A model generated the notes under the pieces. The model worked only from the letters and a program-made list of their open reading frames with translations, ran no database searches and had not been told where the DNA came from. The translations under genes and the position numbers were made by a program. A stretch of 63,982 bases of DNA, counting the filler, from Basidioascus undulatus (taxonomy: Eukaryota), in assembly GCA_000826855.1 (NCBI GenBank). It is 4 parts of 4 records of this genome, joined end to end, with 100 filler letters (N's around TTAATTAATTAA, not from the genome) between each part and the next. Parts side by side here need not be neighbours in the genome. Positions count along the whole stretch, not along the records: positions 33,135 to 49,583 come from JTLS01000582.1; positions 49,684 to 63,982 come from JTLS01000743.1; 2 more parts are not named here. The stretch is one strand, 5' to 3'. Shown one piece after another: positions 38,758 through 50,962 of the stretch (positions are counted from its first letter, which is position 1; each line of letters begins with the position of its first letter).

Positions 38758-41700
38758 ATGCGGCCCCCCTCGGTCGCGTCTTCGACGTGCTCGGGCTGGA
38801 TCGACTCTGCTGCCGAGTCGGACGACGAGGGCTACCAGCGCCGGCTCAAGCGCATCAGCCTGCTCAGCGACGAGCTGGACCCGCTGGACAGGCTCGAGAG
38901 GGAGCATGAGGAGGAGCAGGGGCTGGTCGAGGGCGCGAAGAGCACGCGGAGCAGCGCGATGAGCTTGCCTAGCAAGGAGGGCACAGACGAGGACGCGGTC
39001 ATTGGCGAGGCGATACCCGCTTACAGGTGCATCCTGATTTCCCATATATATGGTTTGTTGCAAGACAGCTTACGTGATAATGAATTTGGATGAAATTGAG
39101 CAGGACCCGCTCAGAGTCCATCGATCTCCGCTCGACAGCGTCTTCCTCCCCCTCAGCCTCAGCCTTCCCGCGCACCCACCGCCCTCTCGCGTCAACATCC
39201 ACAGTCTCCACCCTCGAATTCCCCACTCCCCGCGCCGAGTTCGCCAAGCCCGCCCTGCAGCTGTCCTCCCGGCCCTCGCCGCTCGCACGCCAAGTCCCCG
39301 ACGACGTCCCGCAGGAGATCGAGCTGTCGGAAGATGACGAAGACGAGAGCAGCGACGAGGAGGCGGGCGTCGTCCTCCTCGAGCGCGAGCCGGGGATCGA
39401 CGGCCCCCAGAGTCCGGGCCTTGCGCTGCCGAGTCCTGTTCACCGAGCGGATCGCGAAAGCCATGTCGACCCGTTCCAGGGCAGACCGCTGTCCATCCCT
39501 TCCTCGCCCCCTGCCATCGACGCTCCTCCCGAGCTTCCTCCACCCCCGCTGCCGGCCAATCCCCATTCACGACCACCCCCTCCTCCCCGACCACCGCGCT
39601 CGCCCTCACGGCTCTCGCTCGTTTCCTCTGCGCACTCTTCCTCCCAGCGCCTCTCAATCGCCTCCCAATCCGTCACCTCCCTCACCCTCCCTCCCTCCAA
39701 CTCTCTCTCTCCCGTCGCGAATCCACCATCTCCTCTTCCCGCCCTCGCACGCTCACGTTCCAACACGCCGCCCGAACCCCGTACCCCGCCCGATGTCGGC
39801 CAGGGGAACACCTCTGCTACCACGAGCCTAGACGACCTCGCCGCTCGAGCCGTACGCTCGTACGACGACCTCCGGCGGGTTCCCTCTCCCGCAACATCTT
39901 TCGATGACCTTCACCACCCGCACCCGCACCTCCTCACTCGCAAATCTTCCACCCTCACCTCCACCACGCACAACTCCGACTCCCTCCGCTCCATCATCGA
40001 GCAAGCCCACCCTCCCCAACCGCCCGCCCCGCCGCCAATAACCGAGCTCCCGCAACCGCAACCGCAGCCGCAGGCCCAGCGGCGTGACCGACGGCACCGC
40101 GACTCTGCCCTCACGTTCGGGTCGATTGACGTCTCGTCCTCCCCGCGCATGCCCGATATCTCCTCCCCACGCCTCTCCGGTATCGCAACTCCGCCGCGCA
40201 ATAGCGCCACCTTGCGGTCAGGCCGCGTGCGCGCGAGCACGGCGAGCTCGCAGGACGCGATCCCCGAGGCGCTGCAGCGCGGGCTGAGCATGTCGACGAT
40301 GGCAACGGTCAACACGTCTTCGCACTCGCACGCGGGCGCGCACCTCAGCCGCTCATCCACCTTCCTCACGAGCTCCGGCCTCTCCCACTCCAACTCGTCC
40401 TCCGCCCGAAGCAGAGCGACAACGTTCGGCCGCCGCATGCCGCCCGTCACGCAGAGCATGGCTAGCTATCCCGACCCCGAGCCCGGCTCCAACCGCTCGT
40501 CCGGTGTCCCCCGGCAGGACTTCTTCGACTGGGACGACTCGTCCTCCGAGTGCTCCCACGAGCACTCGTCCCCCCCGCCATCCGCCATCAGTGGCGGGAG
40601 CGCGCAGAACCCGTTTGGGGACTCCGCGCGCTCGCGGAGCACCAACTCGCTCGGCCTCAGCAACTCGTCGTCCTCTGCGCGCACGCGAAGGTCGACGCTC
40701 TCGTCCCCGGCGAATGGCGCGTGGCTGAGTTTGGCCAGTCCGGCCGTGGGGAGCTTTTCAGCCGCAGGGCAGGTGTACGGGCCGGGAGGGGCGGCTGCGC
40801 AGGGAAGTGAGATCTTCTGGGATGACAGCGATGAGGACGAGGCGGCGGAGGAGGACGAGCCGGTCAGCCCAGAGATGGTGAGTTCGTTTCAGCCGTACCG
40901 CCCCCAGTCCGGCTGTTTATCTTACCCTCTGGGCGGACCAGTTCCTCGAGATGTACGCCTCCACCGAAGGCAGCGTCGACCTCGGCCGGCACCACTCGCG
41001 GATGTTCAAGCTCGAGCGATCGCTCGGGCCCGGCGCAGCCAGCGCATACCGTGCCTCGACCACGCTCCCCTCCGCGCTCACGTCCGCCCCGAACCCCATG
41101 GCCGGCCCGACGCCCTACCCGCGCTCGACGGCTCCGCGGCCCACGTCGCACCCGTATGCGCCCGGCCGCCCCTCAGCGAGCATGCCGAGCCTCCTCTCGT
41201 CGTCCGTCTCGAGTCCCGACCTCCGCACGAAGACGAGCTTCTCGAGTACGGGAAGCGACAGGGCACTACTTGCGCTGGAGAGGGAGAGGGGCAAGCTGCA
41301 GAGCGTAGGGGAAGTGAATGAGTTGGAGACGACGAACGAGATTCCGGAGGAGGAGAAGAGGGCGGCGCTAGCGCGGGTACGCGTCTTTTCTGCTTTCAGT
41401 AAGCGGAGTGGATGCTGACGCTGCTGGGATTGGATAGACGCGCAAGCTGCAGTCCCTTCTCGGCGAGTCCCTCCCGGCAGGCGCGATCCGCACTGGCGTC
41501 GGGCACGCGCACACGCAGTCGGAAGAAACCATCCACGCCTCCCCGCCCTCGACGCATCGTCGTGCCCTGCGCTCAACCGACACCACTCCGGCGCCCTCGT
41601 CACGCTCGAGCCTCTTTGGTCTTCGCTCAACGGGCGTCAAGTCCCCGCCGCCGCCCTCCCAGCGCGTCACGTCCCCGCCGCCGCTGCCGCCATCGCAACG

Positions 41701-43340
41701 CGTCACCTCGCCCCCTCCGCCCGTGACCGAACCGGCCCCGGGTCCGCGCCTGCCGAGCATCCGCTTCGACCGCCTCTCGGAGGAGGACGAGGACGCGCTC
41801 GAGGCGCTCCGCCGGCGCGCGATCAGCCCCGTCCCGAGCAACCGCCTCAGCTTGATGGCGAGCTTTCCGGTCCCGCCGGATAGTCCTGAGATGCACGGGC
41901 GTGAGGACGAGGACGAGGACGAGGACGAGGGGGGCGGGTACTTGCAACCCCAGGCGACGGCCGTGAAAGGAGCTTCAAGGGCCCGCACGAGCAGCGACGT
42001 CAGCCAGCTGACGGTTGCGACGAGCGTCGTTGCTGTGCCGGATGAGGATTCCGAGCGGAGGGAGAAGCTCGCGAAGTTGAGCAAGGTCAACGCGTGGCTG
42101 GGCGAGAAGGTGAGGCGCTGCTCGAGACTTTCTGCCTTAGGTTTCGAAAGCGTGTTACTGAAATAATTCATATCAGGTCCCCCCGAACCTCGTCATCAAC
42201 ACCGTCTCTTACCCTCCTCCTTCCTCCAGCGCCACCGCCTCTGCCCGCTCCGCCTCGCCCTTCGACCGCCTCCGCACAACGTCTCCGCCCACCGCGCCCT
42301 CCTCCTCGGCGCTGGCGTTCACGCCCACCTCGCCCGCAGCGAGCACGGAGAGCCAGAAGAAGCGGCTGGGCGGCGCGGGCGGGACGTGGAAGTCGATCAA
42401 GAAGCGCTTCGGCGGGCTCAAGGGCGGCAGCGGAGGGAAGGGCGCCGACGACCCTTACGCGGGCTGGGCCCCCCCCCCGCCAAATATGGTTCAGGTTGAG
42501 GACGATGAGGCCGTGAGGGGACAGAAGATGGCGCGGATGCAGCGGGCGAGCAAGCTGGAGAAGGTGCGTGTTCGGTTGAGGGTAGCTTTAGTACGGTGAG
42601 GGCGTGAGGCTGACGACCGAATGTTATTTTTCAAGCTATTCGGTGAGACTCCACCACAGCATCTGCACGGGACGCCAAATCGCCGTCCAGCGATTAAGGT
42701 CGTCCCTCCCCCGCGTACGGTGTCGCTCTACTCCACCTCCTCCCTCGTCTTGGACGACGTCGACGGGCTTTCGTCGCGTCGCTCCTCTCGTGCACATTCA
42801 CCTTCTCCAGCGTCCTCCCCGTCCCCCGCGCCGCCGCCAGCTGCCTCCTCCCCGCACATCCCCATCACCGCTCCGTCGCCCTGTCCCTCCGACCTCTCCA
42901 CGCTCCAACAATACCGGCACTCGCTCGCCTCACTCCAGTACCTTCTAGTGCGTTTTTCTCGACTTCCTGTCCATAAAACGGCCTCTTACTCACCGGAATT
43001 CGATTCCTAGGACAATGACAAGGATTCTCTCAGAGAGCTGATGGCCTACGTCGTTTTCGACGCTCCGTCAGACGAAGCACCGCCCGACGCCCTCGTCACT
43101 CCTCCTCCAGTCGAGGAAGACCCCTTCGCGGGCAACCCGATGACGCTCGTGCGCAGCCGGAGCGCGAGCAAGTCGTGCGCGAGCACGAGTCACGCCCAGC
43201 TGTTCATGGGCCTCCTCAAGGAGATCCAAGACTCTGCGAGGGAGGATGCGCAGAAGGGAAGGCTGGCCGACGGCGATCTGCAAGAGCTCATGCTGGGGCT
43301 TGGAGTGCTTGGCAGGAGAGGATCGGAGTTGGGCGCTTGA
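38758..43340 (+). CDS. Large Ser/Pro-rich, mostly disordered hypothetical protein with four KL..(L/F)G motifs
   Basis: Six canonical introns join the open frames 38758-, 39103-, 40942-, 41439-, 42177-, 42637- and 43011- in frame; stop TGA at 43340. Confidence 0.75.
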
Positions 43341-44550
43341 GCACGCACAACACACGGGCTCGTTCTTTCGCCTCGCCTTGGCCGTTCTTCTCCAACTCTT
43401 TCCTTACCCCACTCTCCGTCTCTCGCGTTTCCTCCGCCTCATGTACGCACCCAGGATTCGCCTACACGCTCATTATCCCCTGTCTCGCTCTCTTTCGACT
43501 TCTGAATCCATCGCAACCTGCCTTTCTCACAGCTTCCGCATCGTATCGTATACCTTCCAATCACGAACTACATTCATACCCTCCTTAGCACGTCATTTTC
43601 GTGTTCCTGTTCGTCATACTCTAATGATGCATCTTTCGCTGTCGTGGCTTCCAAGTGCACGGCCGTAACAGTAATTTGACGGTCCGAGCCGATTTCTGCA
43701 AGCGAAACTCGCACACTTTAGAAGATATGAAAATGGGCCGCTGCTCGGTGTCGCTTCGCAGCTAACATGAAGGAGGTTGAGCTTGACCGTACAGGCTAGG
43801 ACCAGCTTGTTCTTTCAGCTGTTTCTTAAGGATTACGAAATAGAAATGAACAGCAATCGTATTCAGCAGGGAAAGGACGGGTTAAATTGAGTATTCTGTT
43901 CTTGTCGCGAACACTTCCCGGTGTTGACAGTGGCTGGCTCCCCTCCAGTGTTCGTCGTTCATATGAGTCCGATGTGCCTCGTACGCGGGAATCAATTTGC
44001 ACACATTCAGGTCGGCACTTTGAGGCGCTGCCATTGCTTTCAAGCTTGGAGAGTTTGGCTCCGGAAGGTCCAGGACGATAGAGAGCGTATTCGCCTGCTG
44101 GTACTTTGACTACTCACGCTCGTTTCCCCAACTCAAACTCAATGTTCTTAAAATCCTTCAGATAGACTATTTTCTCTGAAAATATAGATGTTTTATTTCC
44201 AGACTCTCCCGCTAGAGAGCATTTGCAAAGCCTCGTGTTTGCGTCGGCGCGATCTTCAGCTGCTCCACTCCTTCAATCCCTCTTCCTTCCCGAGTTCTTT
44301 CCAAGTGAGATTGGAGCGAAACCTTTGAATGCCCCGGCTTGAACCAGTTCCAGCCAGCATAAAGAGAGATGCTCAGCGAACTCGCCCACTCGACACTCCT
44401 CGTTCCTGGCAGCGTACGACAGACAAGCGAAGTTTCAAGACAAGGCCTCTCAATTAGATTGCTAGATTTCTCTCGAGGGAAATACGATTCTGCCAAAGGT
44501 ACATGCGCACGTCTCGGACATTCAGGCCTACAGCTTCGCTACATCCGTGC

Positions 44551-45756
44551 TCAGACTGAACTCCCGCCATTCCGCAATTCCTTCAGCATCTGCTTGCAGA
44601 CACTTTCGACCCCCTCAAGTGCGTCGCTGCCCAATATTGTGCAAGTTGGGGACGTCCTCGCCCTTCGCCAGATCACAACTTCGATGATCGCCCCGGCCAC
44701 GCGTTTCGGGTCGCCGGGCGCCTGTTCGTAGATGTGCGCCCACTCGGCGTACTTAGGCTCAGGAAGCGGCTCGTACGCTGAAATCATGTTGGCGGCTACC
44801 TTCCCGTGTTCTCCCTTTAGAGTGGTTAATGCAATCAGTAAAGATCCATGAGCAGAGAGGTTACAACCGCGCACGATGTGGGTCCGGAAAAAGCCTGCGG
44901 TACGAGAAGAGGATCTCAGCTAGGTTCCCATTTCTACAAGACCGTCTTTACAAGACGATCTTACCAGGCTCGAATCCACAACCTTGATACCGCACAGCTT
45001 GAGCTCCCCCGAGGCCCGCAGAAAACGCTGGTGTTGGTCGTTGCTTTGCTGTCAGCTGCTGGCTCAGCTTCAATGATGCAGCAAACCATGTACGTACCTC
45101 GTAAAGCGTGTTTGGCTGCGCTGTATCCGGTAGCAGGAGACGAGGGGAACCAGCTCAGCATAGTGTTGATGTTGAGAACCCAGCCCGACTGGCGAGCGCG
45201 CATATGCGGCAATAGGACGCGAATAATACTGACTGTAGCACGGTGCGGCCACAGAATCTTTTCATCCCGGGTGTCCAAAACTGGCCAACAAGCAGAAATG
45301 GTGCCTACGGTGTCCAAACACGTCCGTGTCGAAAATCGCCGCGGTCTCCTCATGCCTGGACCCGCCACCTCTCAGACCAGCTCACGTCCGCTCGCTGAGT
45401 ATGGAAAGAAAAAAGCAGGCGTTGTTGACCGAGACACCGACGTGGCCATATACCTAGGTGGCTTCCGAGACAATCTTCTGCAGTTCAGCGGCCGGGGCCG
45501 TGACATCCAGTCGCAGCGGGTGCGTGCCGCGCGCGACGAGCGGTTCAAGAGTCTCGGGTTTGCGTGCAGTCACAATAACCTGGTTTGCCTCGTCCAAGAG
45601 GGCTAGTGACAAGGTTGAGGAGCTTGCAGTGTTTTAGGTGGTAGGTGGGGAGAAGCGTGCCGGAGGCAGAATGAAGGGAGAACACACTTAGTGCAAGTGT
45701 CTGACCAAGCCGGATGAACAACCCGTGCTGAGCCATACGAGAGAAGAAGAGGACAT
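44551..45756 (-). pseudogene. Classical short-chain dehydrogenase/reductase pseudogene
   Basis: LVWLSTGCSSGLVR, VIVTARKPETL, LRLDVT, in-frame TAG 45454-45456 before VYGHVGVSVNNA, LLPHMRARQSG, YSAAKHAL, PGDPKRVA, ILGSDA. Confidence 0.85.
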
Positions 45757-46884
45757 GGAGGTGAACGCTTTGGAACTGCGGGTCACGTTTAGGTGCTGAG
45801 GACGAGGTGAGAAAGCGAAGGGTAAGGCGGAGAATTCCGAGAAGACATGGGAGTTGGCGGCCGGTTGCCTTTCAGCGGAACTATCCACATCCGAAACCCG
45901 AGATTACGAGTATGCAGAGGAGCTTTGATACTCTGAAACCCGAGGGTATTACCCGATGGAGACTTCGTAGTCTCAGAAACGAGGAAGGCCAGGGGAGCTC
46001 GGCGATCAACCGCGATGGCGACCCCGCAGCAATCACTCATCACTCCGTACAAGGCGATGTGTATCTGAATGAAAATAAAAGGTCCGAAGGGATACATGTA
46101 CTTACTTCCCAGAATTCTACGCTGCGGACCTGTTCAGCCGCCCTTGGTGAAACTGCCGTCGGGACACCACTGGAAGTTTTCAGAAAGAAGGGACCGAGCA
46201 CTGAGGAGAACGTCTCAGCAGAAGGAGGAGATTCATGAGAAGCTAGTTCTCTCACTCCTCTGTAACAAGCAGCTATATAAAGAAGCCCGAGGAACACCCG
46301 GAGGGACACCAAAGAGGAGCGGCCGTTCGGGGTCAGTTGTGGGGCAGCTTTGAATCCAATATACATAATGATGGACTACGGTCGACTATCCTTGGCGGTG
46401 ATACCCCGGTCTACCATGTGCACTTCAACATGTATTACAGCAATCTGACCCTTTAACCGCAAGGCTATATTCCGTCTCCGTTCGCATATCCACCGTCGGG
46501 TGTTTCGTGCCGCCTTGTGCTGCACGCGAACGAACTTGCATGAACCGGACGTCGACGGTACACGCTTCTCTTCCTGTCCAGCTTTTCCCCATAGTATTCA
46601 GGTTTGGAGAACGCGTTTTTCCACCTCTACAGTTTCAGTCCAGAAACATTGCACCCAATGAAGGATTGGACAAGCGTGAGCGAGCAGACCCGTCATGCTG
46701 GTGATTACGTCTCCTTGTGCCTCTCTGCTATGGACAGCCTTCTCTGTTAAGCACCTTTCGAAAGAAAAGCTTTATGGTTTCTGGGATTTTTGGTGCGTCG
46801 TATACTCGAGGCATTGGCTGTCCTGCACGCAGCACCTGTCAATGCGCCTTGCTCATGGTTACGGCTCCTGAAGGGCCTATACGT

Positions 46885-48700
46885 TTAGGAGGTGATCCTC
46901 ACCTTCCCCACGTCTACAGTGGCGCCTCCTTACCGGGAAATTATCTTTCAAATGGCTCATGGCTCTTTACATCGTCAACCGGCTCGCGTGAGTTGGTTTC
47001 ATTCGTGGACTGTGCGGCGCTCGACGGGACACATGTTTATATTCGTGTCGGACCACGCAGGTTGGCGCTGGAGTTGGGTCTGTATCCCGGTAAGCACGGA
47101 TGTTCTTCTTGTTCCGAAATCGTTTGGAAGGAATGCTTACGTCATGAACAGCTTTGCTCAAGACAAAGGTACGCCGACCGGGAGCGCCCCCTCAACTTGA
47201 TGCTTTAGCGTGCTCAAAACGACGTGAATGTCTGACAGACCCAGATCAACGGCGATGGTAAGACATGGGAGCTATGGTATGGTTAGAAGAAGCCAATTCT
47301 GCTCACGACGATGTGGAGCAATGCAGCAGTCCTCAAAGCCAATACAACGATGGTCCCCGTCTACACCGCCGCGTCCAGTGCCATCTTCATGCTTCGGTGC
47401 GCCAATCCTATGAGATCAATAGCGCAGGTTACCTTATATTTTCCCCCTGTGGTCTCGTCCGCCAGGACACCAGCGTTATGGAGAGGCAAGCGCATTGTGG
47501 GCGCCGTCCTCATCGTTCTTCAGCTCGGACTGGTAAGTGATAGATCCAACTGCATATATTTCTACTTCTCTTGACGCTTACTCGACATTGCTTGGAAGCT
47601 GGCTCTGTGGTGCCGTTTGCCGGCAGCCACAAACGCTGCGTGAACGGGTCAGGCCTGAGAGGTCAACAAGGAAGTCTCTGTCTGTCAGACCAGATTTTGT
47701 GTCTCGTACGCTCCGCACCAAGATTTAGAGCGTCCTCTACCACAAATTACACGCTTGGCAGCCGAATGTGCATACAGTTCCGTTGCTCTCTTTTCGTCCG
47801 TATGCAGCTCGCTCCATCTAAACCTTTCTTCTCTTCAGCTTTGTGCTTTGACGCTATATGCGCGGGCCTTCAGATATACAAGTTGTTGAGGGTAAATTCC
47901 GCGGTCCCCGGTCGGAAAACGTTTGGGGTAGTGAATAGTCTAGTGTCTTCTTCGGCAGCTGCTGTTGTGCCTCTTGGCTGACGAGATGTGATAATGCGCC
48001 GAATTACAGGTTCAGATCCTCTTCCGAGACGGCGTTGCCTACCTAGCAGCCGTAATTGTCTTGAACTCTGCCTGCATTGTTGTGTGGGATAAGGCTAGGT
48101 CTTTTCTCTGTCATAGAGCACTTCCATGAAACTGATGTCGTCCTGTTCTCAGCGCTATCCCTGAACCGTGCGGTAGGTTCATCTCAGGATGATAAACCGC
48201 CCCGTGATTCTGATGCAAGTGACAACGGCATCGTCAACGCAGATGCGCTACATGTTCGCGGTGCGCTGTGGCTTCGACTTTTGCCGATTGTCGTCTTCGT
48301 CTCTCTTCAGGTGCTGACAGGTTCGGACTATTCATCGCAAGGTCCCGTTCGTCACGACAGAGGTTGTCATGTCGTCGGTGAGCCTCCAATTCTTCATTGC
48401 TATGCTATTGGTAGATTCCGTCCGTAGCTGATCAATTAGCGTGCAATGATTCACCTTCACACCTAGAGATGGAGTAAATCATCTCACATGTTACGGCAGT
48501 CACCCGGAAGTGTAGGAACTTCAGGCTCACTCGAGGTTTTACAGCAATACCACCGAGCGCGAGCGCGAGCTCTCTATATTCCCGCGCGCTGCAAACCATC
48601 GGCGGCCACAGCGTCCCTCAAACCAACCTTGAAGGAGAAATTCCGGTCAAGACCAGCAATTCAGGTCGTATCCGAACTTGGATTACTCACCGGAGGAGAG
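46885..48700 (+). pseudogene. Basidiomycete DUF6533-like multi-pass membrane protein, probably degenerate
   Basis: Exon pieces EVILTFP / WRLLTGKLSFKWLMALYIVNRL (frameshifted), AASSAIFMLRTPALWRGKRIVGAVL, LCFDAICAGLQIYKL, QILFRDGVAYL; boundaries approximate. Confidence 0.45.
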
Positions 48701-49358
48701 ATACGCCCCTTCCGATGCGTCGGGCATCCCTTTGCAAAAAGTGTCTTCTCTCCCTTCTGACCGCGTTTGACCAGACGTGCCGTGCTGTTGTTTCCCCATA
48801 CTGGCTCTTGAAAATTCTATGCACATACAGCAGATTTTTTCGTACAAAGGCGCATTCGGATTTTGATATGTCGGACTGCTTGAGCGATTTGGATGAGCCT
48901 CCGAACTGTACTGCGATGGGGCGTAGCTATACTGCATCGCCTGGGTCCTGATTAAGAGAGAATAGGTGCTAGTTGGACAAGCCATTGGATGGAATTTTTG
49001 AGGAGCCACTATGCTCATTTTTAATTCTATCCTTGCTGTCATGTCCAGTTTCCCATCCTTTGCACCCTGGCAGTGTACACGACTGCGTGGCAACTTGCTT
49101 CCCGGTGGTTTCCGAAGTGCAATTAACCAGTCTACTCTGTTCTTCTCCTGAAAGGTAGAAGAATTTTTTCAGTCATTGAGAAATTTCGCCTCCGGTCTTC
49201 GCAAAGTGTGCTTGACGAGACAAGCACTGCGTTCCCCACGTCGCTGTACAACCAAGTTCATCCTCATCCCTGCCACAGCTGCAAACGGCGCCAGGCTGTG
49301 CCAGAGACGTGCAAGTGGCAGCACTTCAGATTGCCTCTGTTTACCAGTACTCCATATT

Positions 49359-49583
49359 CAAACCCCAGCAAGAGCTCCTGCAGATCGCCCTCGGCCAGCC
49401 TTCCCTTCTGCGATCCTCCCTCGCAGAGTCTTCTTGGATCTCCTTGAGGAGGCCCATGAACAGCTGGGCGTGACTCGTGCTCGCGCGCGACTTTCGCGCT
49501 CCGGCTGCGCACGAGCGTCATCGGGTTGCCCGCGAAGGGGTCTTCCTCGACTGGAGGGGGAGTGACGAGGGCCTCGGGCGGTG
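49359..49583 (-). repeat. Inverted, diverged copy of the last exon of the 38758-43340 gene (source ~43078-43302)
   Basis: Reverse complement matches CACCGCCCGA...GAAGACCCCTTCGCGGGCAACCCGATGACGCTCGTGCGCAGCCGG...GCTGGGG with scattered substitutions and three small indels. Confidence 0.92.
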
Positions 49584-49683
49584 NNNNNNNNNNNNNNNNN
49601 NNNNNNNNNNNNNNNNNNNNNNNNNNNTTAATTAATTAANNNNNNNNNNNNNNNNNNNNNNNNNNNNNNNNNNNNNNNNNNNN
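49584..49683. other. Assembly gap with TTAATTAATTAA linker
   Basis: 100-nt N/linker block. Confidence 0.98.
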
Positions 49684-50962
49684 TGCCGCTGCGCACACCG
49701 AGATCCCTCCCCGCGTTCGACCGATCACGCACTACTCCTCTCTTCCCCTTCCGCTTACCTCCTCCTCAACGGCCCTCCACCCTCCGTCATCGCGCTCGCG
49801 CGCTCTCAACCCGCCCACAGTCGCCGCGATTCAGCGTCTCGCGGCGCGCGAGCCCGTGTCCAGCTTCTCGGCGTGCTTTGAGGGGATCCATCGCTTCTTT
49901 GCGGAGAAGGTTGATGAGGGCGTGGAGCGGAGGAAGGCTATGGTTGGGGGAAAATACAGGCCAAAGGTTCCCGGCGACGACTGCGGAAACGTGCCGCTGG
50001 AAATCGTGCGCGGGTTGGACGAGTGGGTGGCGACGCTGGAACAGGTAGGCCGCTTCTCTCGCATTCCGTAAAAAGCCTTGCTGACTTGGGGTTCTGATCC
50101 TTCGTCCCCCAGGACGGCAAAGTATCCGGTCCGTCTGCACCGTTGCAGTCCTTGTTTCGTCAGCTGAAGTAGTGCAATTGCCCCAGGAAATGTTCTCGGG
50201 CAGATCTCGCAGTGCTTGAAGGACATGGAGGATGCTCTGACGGTGTGCGAGAAGATCCTCACGACTCCGCTGCCATAGTTCGTCCTCGTTTTCGCTCTGC
50301 CGTTTCAGCGACGGGCTAACTTGGGGGACGGACGCCGACAGCGTCTTCGCTGCTCACCTTCGGTCAGCCTAACGCTCGACCGTTTATTTTCTCGCGCTGA
50401 CATTTGTTCCGACTGGTTGGACTGAAGCCAGTCAGTTGTGTTCATCCCTTTACAGCCTGGAAAGGTTTCTGATTAAACGACGCTGTGCTGCAGCACGGTC
50501 TGGCTCTACCTCATCCTCCTGCCTTTCCAGCTTGAGAAGACGATCCAGTGGCTGACCATACCCGGTACTCCCGCCGCAATTTTGACTCTCGATCCCTGGG
50601 CTGATGCAACTTGCAGGCCTCACGATAGCGGCGTTCTTCTTCCTCGGCTTCATGTCCGCTGGTGGTCCGTCCCTCACTCTCCTTTTCTCCCATGCCTTCC
50701 TGCAACTCAACTCTTAGTACACACGATGTACTCCTCCAGCTGAACTACAGCAGCCTTTCGGGTATGACGCGAACGACATCGACTTGGACTCCATCTGCGA
50801 CCAGAGTAAGCTATGCCCCGTCCCTTCGGTTCCGTCTGCAGCCCGACTCAGTCGCTCCCGCTTTCGAACGCAGTCATCGCCCGCGACATGAAGGCGCTTC
50901 TGGACCACCGCAAAGTCGGGCATTCGTCGCCGCCGTGGAGGAATGGGGGTTTGCGGGCGTAG
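49684..50962 (+). CDS. Bestrophin-like (UPF0187/YneE) anion channel, 5'-partial
   Basis: Spliced: GNVPLEIVRGLDEWV, LTVCEKILTTPLPYVFAAHLRHTVWLYLILLPFQL, WLTIP, AAFFFLGFMSAG, ELQQPFGYDANDIDLDSIC. Confidence 0.88.

Noticed and set aside
16476..49683. TTAATTAATTAA palindrome occurring three times
   Set aside because: Always centred in N runs totalling 100 nt: an artificial scaffolding linker. True gap sizes are unknown (most of the Ire1 lumenal domain is missing).
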